From IMG/VR virus record IMGVR_UViG_3300047160_000733: a stretch of 64,000 bases of DNA; one strand, 5' to 3'. The notes beneath the pieces are model-generated. The model worked only from the letters and a program-made list of their open reading frames with translations. It searched no databases and was not told the origin of the DNA. This DNA is from a virus. A program made the position numbers and the translations under genes. Of the stretch, positions 42,033 to 49,131 are shown in pieces. Position 1 is the stretch's first letter; each line of letters begins with the position of its first letter.

Positions 42033-42227
42033 ATGTGGATAACTCTTCTAGCCTCTGGCACTGTCGGGGGTACTTTAGTTGGAGCTACCAGTACAACCCT
42101 GATGTTTAGTCAGGTTTCATCTGGGGCATATATCGGTGCAACATCGGCTACCTGTTTATACTCTATCTTGTCGGCAGTTAAAGTTGGACCGACACAAACA
42201 ACAACGATATTTAGGAGATCTGTATAA
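42033..42227 (+). CDS. micro-ORF s2 (64 aa, G/S/T-rich), cassette 3
   Basis: ATG lies 3 nt after the P2 stop, behind GAAGGTG. MWITLLASGTVGGTLVGATSTT... Stop overlaps the P3 ATG (TAATG). Confidence 0.65.
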   Translation: MWITLLASGTVGGTLVGATSTTLMFSQVSSGAYIGATSATCLYSILSAVKVGPTQTTTIFRRSV

Positions 42228-43342
42228 TGACAAAGATGTTTGTAGACCCTCAGGCGAGAATGACACCAATAACCAGCTATGTTCTTGGTAATAACGCCAC
42301 ATGGTTACAATTATCACAGAACACTGCAAGTGTTGTCGGCGCTATTACTGGAGGAAACCCACTATACCCTAGGGCGGGTAATGCCGTTAGTGTACGGTCT
42401 GAGAATGGCGGGAATTTGGACTACTTACTGTTCATGGCTGCGGCAGGCACAGGGTCGCCAACAACAAGTCAAAACTCAAGGGCTTCTCTGGAGCAAGAGG
42501 TGTATAGTATAAACGAACTAACCAATCCTAACTATCCAATGGAGGTTATTATAGGGGCGAGGGTTAGAAGAAGTGCAGGAAGGTCTGCTCCACTGGCTAG
42601 TGTGTTTTACGGTTCGGCTAACTTATTGTATGGGCCGAATACGTCGGAGACTGATGTGTATGTCGAGGTATGTTTTAATATTGTTACACGTAAAATCCAG
42701 ATGTACTATAATTCAGAGTTGGTTATGGAGAGTACCCTAACAATCTCATCTGGTGCCACTGTGGCTATCCTGTATGTAGGTTCAAACCCAACAAGTAACG
42801 GGAATAACTCAGCAATAGCTAACGGTGAGACAATGAACATCTCCTCTATTGTGGGCATTCAGAATAAAACAGCGGGGGATATGGAAAGACTTGGCCCTGT
42901 TTCGTGTCAAAGGATACCTGCCAGCGCATCACCAATCTCTAATCCCGTTGGTGATTGGGCTGACCAGAGTGCTGTTGTTTCTAGCCTTACAAAGACTTTT
43001 GAGAACACAACCACAGGTCTTACTCCGTTGGTAAGTCCTGCGACATTGAATACTAGCCCAACTGGCGGTACAGTTGATTGTGCTTTACCTGCGCTACCTG
43101 CGGGGTATGAGCTGATCGGTTTTGCGACAACCACCTCAGCACAGCGAGCTAATCCCGCTAGTCCTGTGAATCTGGCAGTAAGTACCCTATTGGACGGGGC
43201 GCTTGTTGGTGATGTTGTTAAAGCATCTATAAAATCACCGACGACACACGTTCAGCCTAACGTAGTTCTCTTAAGTAAACCGATAAAATCTGGCGATGTA
43301 TATCCTACTAAATATACAGTTAAGTTTGTCAGCTCAAAATAG
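42227..43342 (+). CDS. cassette large protein P3 (371 aa), paralogue of P1/P2
   Basis: DVYVEVCFNIVTRKIQMYYNSELV block. S/T/P-rich C-terminal half. Confidence 0.75.
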   Translation: MTKMFVDPQARMTPITSYVLGNNATWLQLSQNTASVVGAITGGNPLYPRAGNAVSVRSENGGNLDYLLFMAAAGTGSPTTSQNSRASLEQEVYSINELTNPNYPMEVIIGARVRRSAGRSAPLASVFYGSANLLYGPNTSETDVYVEVCFNIVTRKIQMYYNSELVMESTLTISSGATVAILYVGSNPTSNGNNSAIANGETMNISSIVGIQNKTAGDMERLGPVSCQRIPASASPISNPVGDWADQSAVVSSLTKTFENTTTGLTPLVSPATLNTSPTGGTVDCALPALPAGYELIGFATTTSAQRANPASPVNLAVSTLLDGALVGDVVKASIKSPTTHVQPNVVLLSKPIKSGDVYPTKYTVKFVSSK

Positions 43343-43365
43343 GGACTGTGTGTTTATTACCTTCA

Positions 43366-43390
43366 AGGGCCCTTCGGGCCCTTTTCTTTT
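43366..43390 (+). terminator. rho-independent terminator
   Basis: AGGGCCC-TTCG-GGCCCT followed by TTTCTTTTG. Confidence 0.8.
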
Positions 43391-43404
43391 GCCTAAAATA
43401 AAAG

Positions 43405-43433
43405 TTGACATGTCTTATCTGAGTAGGTAATAT
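43405..43433 (+). promoter_or_regulatory. sigma70-type promoter
   Basis: TTGACA-N17-TAATAT. Confidence 0.65.
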
Positions 43434-43460
43434 CTCCTCATCGAAACAACGGAGGCAGTT

Positions 43461-43682
43461 ATGGAAATAAACTATCCAACAAATGAACAGATAGTCGATG
43501 TTATTGACTACAACTTTAATAACTGTGAATCAACGATTGTAATTTTTGAATTTGTTACTTTCTATGTATTTTACAATGGTTATGTTAAGTTCAGACGTCA
43601 TGATGATGTTGTGGCAGTAGCAGTAAGCATTGAAAATCTAATTAATTACATGGAATCAAAACAAGCAACGAGGGTTTGCTAA
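43461..43682 (+). CDS. hypothetical protein
   Basis: 73 aa behind ACGGAGG. Confidence 0.6.
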   Translation: MEINYPTNEQIVDVIDYNFNNCESTIVIFEFVTFYVFYNGYVKFRRHDDVVAVAVSIENLINYMESKQATRVC

Positions 43683-43882
43683 TGAAACGATTGTACGAGT
43701 TCAAAGAGTCACATGTTTGCCAGATCTACCTAGACCAGTATACTGACGATGACGGAAGTTATTTTTGGCGGGTAGAGGTAAAATACTTTGGAAGTGGGTA
43801 TTCCTCACCACATGACTCGTTGTCGGAGGCCAAACTCCAATATTTAAAAGAATTTAAAAAGCATATGATCGGGGAGCTATGA
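43682..43882 (+). CDS. hypothetical protein
   Basis: Trimmed to the ATG at 43682 (TAATG coupling). Confidence 0.6.
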   Translation: MKRLYEFKESHVCQIYLDQYTDDDGSYFWRVEVKYFGSGYSSPHDSLSEAKLQYLKEFKKHMIGEL

Positions 43883-44175
43883 TGCAAGAGTTCGGATATA
43901 TTCGTCTACACAGACTGAGCGGTGAGCCAGATATGGTCAGAATCATGAGTATTGATATCGAGCATCTTTATTCATGCAACAGAGATTGGCAGGGCTCTTC
44001 TAGAATCAGCACATTTGATGGTTTCATGTCTTCATCGTTCACAGTACAGGAAAGTGTACCGACAATCAGATCAATGATTGCAGATCATGACCAATACTTT
44101 ATGGCTGAAGCTTTCGCGCTTCTGCGCCGTAATCAGAGCAAAATGTTAACCGGAGGGTATTATGACGATAAGTAA
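43879..44175 (+). CDS. hypothetical protein
   Basis: 98 aa, ATGA-coupled. Confidence 0.6.
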   Translation: MMQEFGYIRLHRLSGEPDMVRIMSIDIEHLYSCNRDWQGSSRISTFDGFMSSSFTVQESVPTIRSMIADHDQYFMAEAFALLRRNQSKMLTGGYYDDK

Positions 44176-44386
44176 AGGTGTAATCGACCACATGAAGACC
44201 TTGTACAAGGAGGAATGGGAGGATTTAAAAGGGTTATCGAAAGACGATCTTATTGCAGCGGTAATTGTTGCCCGCTACGAGGCCAAAATGCTAATCACCT
44301 CCCTTAGTGAGCTGGAGAATCAGTCACAAAACAACAGAGCGAGTTACATGTGGGGACGCAAGTCTATCGGGGGTGTAACTGTATGA
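44162..44386 (+). CDS. hypothetical protein
   Basis: 74 aa behind GGAGGG. Confidence 0.6.
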   Translation: MTISKGVIDHMKTLYKEEWEDLKGLSKDDLIAAVIVARYEAKMLITSLSELENQSQNNRASYMWGRKSIGGVTV

Positions 44387-44646
44387 AGTCAGGAAAATGG
44401 CGTCCAATAGAGGATGAGCCTGAGCATACTCTACGATATGCTTTGTATTGTATGTCGTATGGTTCATTGCGACGAAAGGCTATTTTAGAACGTATGGAGG
44501 GGCCACCGTTTAATGGGCGGATCCCAGTCAATCGTTCACACACTTGTCAAATTAAGAAGGATCCGGATCTACGTTTCCTAATTAAACGTGGGACCCTTGT
44601 TCTTAAGAATGGGACACCGCAATATCTAGTCCTCAAGGAGGCCTAA
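44383..44646 (+). CDS. hypothetical protein
   Basis: Trimmed to the ATG at 44383 (ATGA coupling). Confidence 0.55.
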   Translation: MKSGKWRPIEDEPEHTLRYALYCMSYGSLRRKAILERMEGPPFNGRIPVNRSHTCQIKKDPDLRFLIKRGTLVLKNGTPQYLVLKEA

Positions 44647-44964
44647 ATGGTGGAAGTGTTAGCTGTTGTTTCGGTAATCATCCTTATATTTCTGCCCTCA
44701 ATAATCGCCTTGGTGAGAGGGTGCAAATATTTCATGTTTGTCCAAATACTGATGGTTCTTGCTGTCATATCAAACAGTGGGGATTATTCTGCTGGACTCT
44801 GGGGTATAGCTTTGATAGTATCACTATACAAAACACAGACCAAGACTATTCAGGGACCTAGGGGTCCAATGGGGGTGATGGGTATGTCAGCGTATGATAC
44901 ATGGTTAAAGTTAGGCAATAGAGGAACAGAGCAAGACTTTATTAATTTTCTTAAGAAGGGGTAA
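44647..44964 (+). CDS. membrane protein: superinfection-immunity-like TM domain fused to a fibre-like G-x-y/SAYD tail
   Basis: IFLPSIIALVRGCKYFMFVQILMVLAVISN...GLWGIALIVSLYK resembles the Imm_superinfect pattern (recollection). The C-terminus GPRGPMGVMGMSAYDTWLKLGNRGTEQDFINFLKG resembles motifs common in tail-fibre proteins. Confidence 0.55.
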   Translation: MVEVLAVVSVIILIFLPSIIALVRGCKYFMFVQILMVLAVISNSGDYSAGLWGIALIVSLYKTQTKTIQGPRGPMGVMGMSAYDTWLKLGNRGTEQDFINFLKKG

Positions 44965-45260
44965 TGATGTCAGAGAATAAGACGTTGGAAGCAATTGTTG
45001 AAGTGAGTAAGCGTATGCCGGAGAAAGGGATCTTTGAGCGTATGTCAAAACTAACAGAGGAAGTTGGAGAGGTGGCGACTGCACTGAATAAGGGTGAATC
45101 GGACCAATCATTTATTGATGAGTGTGCAGACTCCATGATAGTAATCATGGATATGGTGAGGATCGTTTCAGGCGAAAACGCCGTAGAAGATATCAGTGAG
45201 GCCATCCGCCGTAAGCTGATCCGTTGGGAAAATAAATACGGGGTAGCGATGAGTGGTTAA
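44964..45260 (+). CDS. MazG-like nucleotide pyrophosphohydrolase
   Basis: LTEEVGEVATAL and ECADSMIVIMDM helices (EExxE / ExxD). 98 aa. Confidence 0.75.
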   Translation: MMSENKTLEAIVEVSKRMPEKGIFERMSKLTEEVGEVATALNKGESDQSFIDECADSMIVIMDMVRIVSGENAVEDISEAIRRKLIRWENKYGVAMSG

Positions 45261-45351
45261 GATCCCAGACAGGTTAGCTTCTCCGTAGAGACTAGCTACC
45301 AAACCTATTATTTTACCAACCCAACATTTCAGAAGAAATAGGAGATTTAGT

Positions 45352-45543
45352 TTGCGGAAGTTACGAGATTTTAAGTGTGAAGCAGGGCATATGCAGGAAC
45401 GTCTGGTTAATGATGATGTTATGGTGGTATTATGTACGGAATGTCCATGTTATGCACACAGGCAGCTATCCGCACCTGCTGGTACTGGCAACCATGCCCA
45501 CGGAATGATGAGGAGATCAAAAAGTAATGTTAAAAGTAATTAA
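45352..45543 (+). CDS. FmdB-like zinc-ribbon protein
   Basis: TTG start 5 nt after TAGGAGA. FKCEAGH...LCTECPCYAHRQLSAP. Confidence 0.55.
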   Translation: MRKLRDFKCEAGHMQERLVNDDVMVVLCTECPCYAHRQLSAPAGTGNHAHGMMRRSKSNVKSN

Positions 45544-45772
45544 TATTGCCATCATGGCGCTGTTGTTTTCAGTGTTCTTTGTTCTGGCTTTGTCCGTATA
45601 TTTCATCGGTTTTGTTCTTTATGCGGTGGCATATGTGCTCTTAGAGTGCAGTGATTGGGTATGTGACAAGCTGGACGACCTGAGCAGGAAAGCGGTGCAT
45701 ATCGGGAAGTTCTGGGATCGTGTATTGTGGAAGAAATTGGGCTTGTTCCAAAAGGGCCGTGAGCTTAATTAG
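45527..45772 (+). CDS. small membrane protein
   Basis: Two TM helices (IAIMALLFSVFFVLALSVYFIGFVLYAVAYVLL). Confidence 0.55.
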   Translation: MLKVINIAIMALLFSVFFVLALSVYFIGFVLYAVAYVLLECSDWVCDKLDDLSRKAVHIGKFWDRVLWKKLGLFQKGRELN

Positions 45773-45775
45773 TTG

Positions 45776-45803
45776 TTGACTTCTAAGGTGGGGCTGATAT
45801 ACT
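45776..45803 (+). promoter_or_regulatory. sigma70-type promoter
   Basis: TTGACT-N16-TATACT. Confidence 0.6.
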
Positions 45804-45829
45804 GGCCCCATCAACTAGAGGAACTTGTT

Positions 45830-46162
45830 ATGAACATCTTTGAGAAATTCGATTTTACTGGTTACACAATCACTTCAGCAGTTCGTCACCTAACACGGGG
45901 AGATGAATATACCGGAAGCAGAACGGCGATTAAAGCCTCCAACGGGGAGAATGAGATCGAGGTTCAGGGTTCATGGTCTATAAACGCAGGAGGGAAGGTG
46001 TCAAGACAACAACCTGTTAAAGTGCTAATCAAAGATCTTCATAAGAAGTATCGTGTATGTGGATTCAATGAAGAAGAGATCGACAACGACCTAATCGCGC
46101 TGGTTAAGACATTGGAAGAGATGTTTGAATCGGCACCAAAAGAAACTAAGAGGGTATGGTAA
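45830..46162 (+). CDS. hypothetical protein
   Basis: ORF-track 45773..46162 trimmed to the ATG at 45830 behind GAGGAA. The longer start is the promoter -35. Confidence 0.6.
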   Translation: MNIFEKFDFTGYTITSAVRHLTRGDEYTGSRTAIKASNGENEIEVQGSWSINAGGKVSRQQPVKVLIKDLHKKYRVCGFNEEEIDNDLIALVKTLEEMFESAPKETKRVW

Positions 46163-46165
46163 ATT

Positions 46166-46564
46166 ATGAAAAAGTTAATTATTGCAGCTCTCCTCGGTAT
46201 GGCCTCATTCGTGGCCTGTGCCGAGAGTTCGTTTATCTGCGGTGTTGCAGGTAATATTCAAGGTGATAACTTGGAGCAGAAGGCTAATGACCCATCCGCC
46301 CCGAGTTGGACAGCAGAGACTGTACGTATTGTTGAAACCGATATGTATACAAAGCTGTCGAATGGGATTGATTCAAAATTCTTACATCCTGTAATTGAAG
46401 AGCAGACAGAAATGTTTGTTGCCAAGAAGGGAGTTGATCTGTATATTCGTCATACAGTGAATGGAAAGCCCTTTATCAATCTGTTCAAGTTCAAAGACGC
46501 CAGTCGAAAAGAGAACGAGGTTATTCAGGTAGTATTACTTCGTGAGTGTATCCAAACAAAATAG
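46166..46564 (+). CDS. secreted protein or lipoprotein
   Basis: MKKLIIAALLGMASFVAC|AESS. Signal peptide with a possible lipobox FVAC. Confidence 0.65.
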   Translation: MKKLIIAALLGMASFVACAESSFICGVAGNIQGDNLEQKANDPSAPSWTAETVRIVETDMYTKLSNGIDSKFLHPVIEEQTEMFVAKKGVDLYIRHTVNGKPFINLFKFKDASRKENEVIQVVLLRECIQTK

Positions 46565-46573
46565 GGGAATGTG

Positions 46574-46828
46574 ATGATCGTATCTAAAGGTTTGTTAAAG
46601 AAGTTGGAGTCTATTTACACACCAATCTACACACAGGGTAACTGTGATCCACACAATGACTTCAAGAATGCTTTGAACTCTGAGTTCAGTGCATCTCTTG
46701 AACGGCACGAAGCAAAGACGGTATATTATGTTGTTGTGTACAACCTGTGCTGCGGGGCAGATCTGGAGAACTTCAGTCTAGAGCCGCATGTGGCAGAAAT
46801 TTTCTCCGCATTTGTAGAGGGTAACTAA
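46574..46828 (+). CDS. hypothetical protein
   Basis: ATG at 46574 behind AGGGGAA. The ORF track used the GTG at 46571. Confidence 0.6.
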   Translation: MIVSKGLLKKLESIYTPIYTQGNCDPHNDFKNALNSEFSASLERHEAKTVYYVVVYNLCCGADLENFSLEPHVAEIFSAFVEGN

Positions 46829-47163
46829 TGAAAACAGAACTTGATTTTGAAGTATCTTTTAAGTGTAGTGTCGCAGTATCAGAAGATGGTCGTAAAACCA
46901 TCATTAGCACAGTGATGGGGACGAGTCCAGACGAATTTGACCTAGACGTGCCAGAAGAAGTTAAGTCTAGAGGTCACTTGTTAGACCTGAAGGCGCTGGT
47001 AGGCGATGATGACCAACTTGTGAAGGTGTTCATGGGTAAGTTTATGGCAGAGGAAATCGGAAAACTCCTCATCTACTCTAAGGAGGATTTAGATGATGAT
47101 GACCACTTCTCTGTGGAATACACAAATCAAGAAATCCGTTTAGTGGAGAAGGGTAATGAATAA
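46828..47163 (+). CDS. hypothetical acidic protein
   Basis: 111 aa, TAATG-coupled. Contains EDLDDDDHF. Confidence 0.6.
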   Translation: MKTELDFEVSFKCSVAVSEDGRKTIISTVMGTSPDEFDLDVPEEVKSRGHLLDLKALVGDDDQLVKVFMGKFMAEEIGKLLIYSKEDLDDDDHFSVEYTNQEIRLVEKGNE

Positions 47164-47467
47164 TCTATCCCCTGATCTGGTAGATCTCTATGTCAAGGTG
47201 GTTGCAGTGCATAATAAATATTTCCACCCTGTTCCGGTAGCACTAGACGGCAAAGCAATGATCCCACGTTTAAACACGACTCCAATGGTAGATGAAGATC
47301 AAATCCGTAAATTTATGCCTATGTTCCACTGCGACAAATACCTCCTCCGAGAGATTGAAACGATAGATGCAGAGGTGGAGAAATTTAAAGAGCGTGAACG
47401 GAATGAACTATCTGACGCAGAGAAGGAAAAAGCTTCAATGTTGTTCCAGAAATACAAGTCCGCCTGA
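47156..47467 (+). CDS. hypothetical protein
   Basis: 103-aa ORF. Confidence 0.6.
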   Translation: MNNLSPDLVDLYVKVVAVHNKYFHPVPVALDGKAMIPRLNTTPMVDEDQIRKFMPMFHCDKYLLREIETIDAEVEKFKERERNELSDAEKEKASMLFQKYKSA

Positions 47468-47468
47468 C

Positions 47469-47497
47469 TTGACATTGGCACCCATAGAGGGTAAGAT
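47469..47497 (+). promoter_or_regulatory. sigma70-type promoter
   Basis: TTGACA-N17-TAAGAT. Confidence 0.6.
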
Positions 47498-47533
47498 CAT
47501 TAGTGCGGAATTGTCCGCTTAAAGGAGAAATAA

Positions 47534-47761
47534 ATGGCTGATTTATACGCAGTTTTCAATATCACTGACCCAGACAACCCTGTCCAGATCTCTGCCTTGA
47601 TGACACTGATTGAGGCGGAAGTTGAGATCCAAAAGATGTTGGCTGACCCATTCCACGGTGTTACAATCACCCCTGCGGAAGACGGCGCGGTAATAGGTGA
47701 ACTTGATGGTGAGACTATTGTCTTGAAACCTATTCTGGTCATCCCAGATTCAGCCGTTTAA
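47534..47761 (+). CDS. hypothetical protein
   Basis: 75 aa behind AAAGGAGA. Confidence 0.65.
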   Translation: MADLYAVFNITDPDNPVQISALMTLIEAEVEIQKMLADPFHGVTITPAEDGAVIGELDGETIVLKPILVIPDSAV

Positions 47762-47787
47762 TCTTCTGAGTTGTAGTGTAGTGATTA

Positions 47788-47813
47788 GGGTGGTTAACTC
47801 CACCCTGTTTTTC
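47788..47813 (+). terminator. rho-independent terminator
   Basis: GGGTGG-TTAACT-CCACCC followed by TGTTTTTCG. Confidence 0.7.
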
Positions 47814-47837
47814 GTTTAAATAGTTGAGGAGATATAC

Positions 47838-49067
47838 ATGCCAGTTATTCAAACCGTTAAAGACCCCGCCACCCGTAAAGATGTTAAAATGGCAGAAGGT
47901 GTTATCAAGCGTGTGAATGTTTCACGTATTAACGCAGACGGTTCAGCACGTGAGTCACAAATTAAGAGCGGACCTAAGGCGGGCACTGTGATCCGAGCTA
48001 CGCACCGTTACTCTCTTCTCTTGGAGAAGGATGGTGATTCAGTTTGGATCGGGTTCGGTGATGGAGAGGTTAAGAACCTCAAGTATGAGAAGCAATTCCA
48101 AGTAAAGAATGATGAAGGTAAATACATCGATCTTGTTGAAGGTATCGAACTGAGCGTTTACCCAATCGTAGAGGATTCTTGGACAACCGAAGACGGAACA
48201 GTGAAGACGTCGATCAAAGGTAAGCGTAAGAACATCGCGATCTTGAGCATGGAGAATGCAAAGGCCCCAGCCCCTGCTGGTCAGCAACAATCAGGCGGTA
48301 ATTCACAAAGTAATCAGCAATCTGCTGCGGGGGCCAAGAAGTTCTTCGGTAATATTATCGAAGTTAACGGTAATCTTGTAACCATCGAAGATACCAAGTC
48401 AAACGCTAAGGTGGCGCTGGCATTGACCGATGAGCAACTGGCTCAGGTTGTTGAAGGCGGTCGCTTAGGTGGTGATTACGATCCAACAAATGGTTCTGTC
48501 TCTGTGTTCAAGCCTTACGGTCCAGTGGGTTCTGGCGGTAAAACTACTAAGGATATGACGGGCGTTGAAACTGGTCACGCAATTAATGGTGCCTTAGAGT
48601 TGCATCGCCGTGGTATGGGCGAGAACATTCTTGAGTTGGCTAAGATGATAAATGCTGTAACACTTGAGCACAAATCTTGGTACGGTGAACAACCTTCTGG
48701 TAAAGGACTCTCTGATTATGATCGCGGTAGCGCTGTTGGTAACGCCATCCTTAATGGTTGCCGTGCTGTTAGCGGTTCAAGAATTCCGGAGTTAGCTGTA
48801 GAGATCGGTGGATACACTAAATGGCTCTTGACTGACGTTGTACCAGCACTTACGGATCATATCCGTGAAGTACATGCAGCTAACGCACCGAAGGCTCAGG
48901 CACCCGTAGAAACGCCTAATAAGCCTAAGGCAGAGAGTAAGCCTAAAGCTCAGGAGCAATTACCTCCTGTGAAACAGCAAGCCCCAGCCAACATCCCTGC
49001 GAGTGGTCATGTAGATATGTCAATTGGCAATGCTCCATTCGACTTCGACGAAGATATTCCTTTTTAA
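47838..49067 (+). CDS. single-stranded DNA-binding protein candidate
   Basis: N-terminal beta-rich (OB-like) region, Q/G/S-rich and P/K/A-rich linkers, and the C-terminal tip FDFDEDIPF (E. coli SSB ends DFDDDIPF). Sits at the end of the replication block. Confidence 0.6.
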   Translation: MPVIQTVKDPATRKDVKMAEGVIKRVNVSRINADGSARESQIKSGPKAGTVIRATHRYSLLLEKDGDSVWIGFGDGEVKNLKYEKQFQVKNDEGKYIDLVEGIELSVYPIVEDSWTTEDGTVKTSIKGKRKNIAILSMENAKAPAPAGQQQSGGNSQSNQQSAAGAKKFFGNIIEVNGNLVTIEDTKSNAKVALALTDEQLAQVVEGGRLGGDYDPTNGSVSVFKPYGPVGSGGKTTKDMTGVETGHAINGALELHRRGMGENILELAKMINAVTLEHKSWYGEQPSGKGLSDYDRGSAVGNAILNGCRAVSGSRIPELAVEIGGYTKWLLTDVVPALTDHIREVHAANAPKAQAPVETPNKPKAESKPKAQEQLPPVKQQAPANIPASGHVDMSIGNAPFDFDEDIPF

Positions 49068-49084
49068 TTCAAGAGGTTAGAAAA

Positions 49085-49120
49085 CAAATAAGGCTCCCGA
49101 ATGGGAGCCTTTTCTTTTTG
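49085..49120. terminator. bidirectional terminator between convergent blocks
   Basis: AAGGCTCCC-GAAT-GGGAGCCTT flanked by an A-run (5') and TTCTTTTT (3'). Confidence 0.8.
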
Positions 49121-49131
49121 TGCTTCAAGTA

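Noticed and set aside
44860-44890. Collagen triple-helix domain
   Set aside because: Only about three G-x-y triplets (GPRGPMGVMG), too short to call a collagen domain. Described only as a fibre-like motif.
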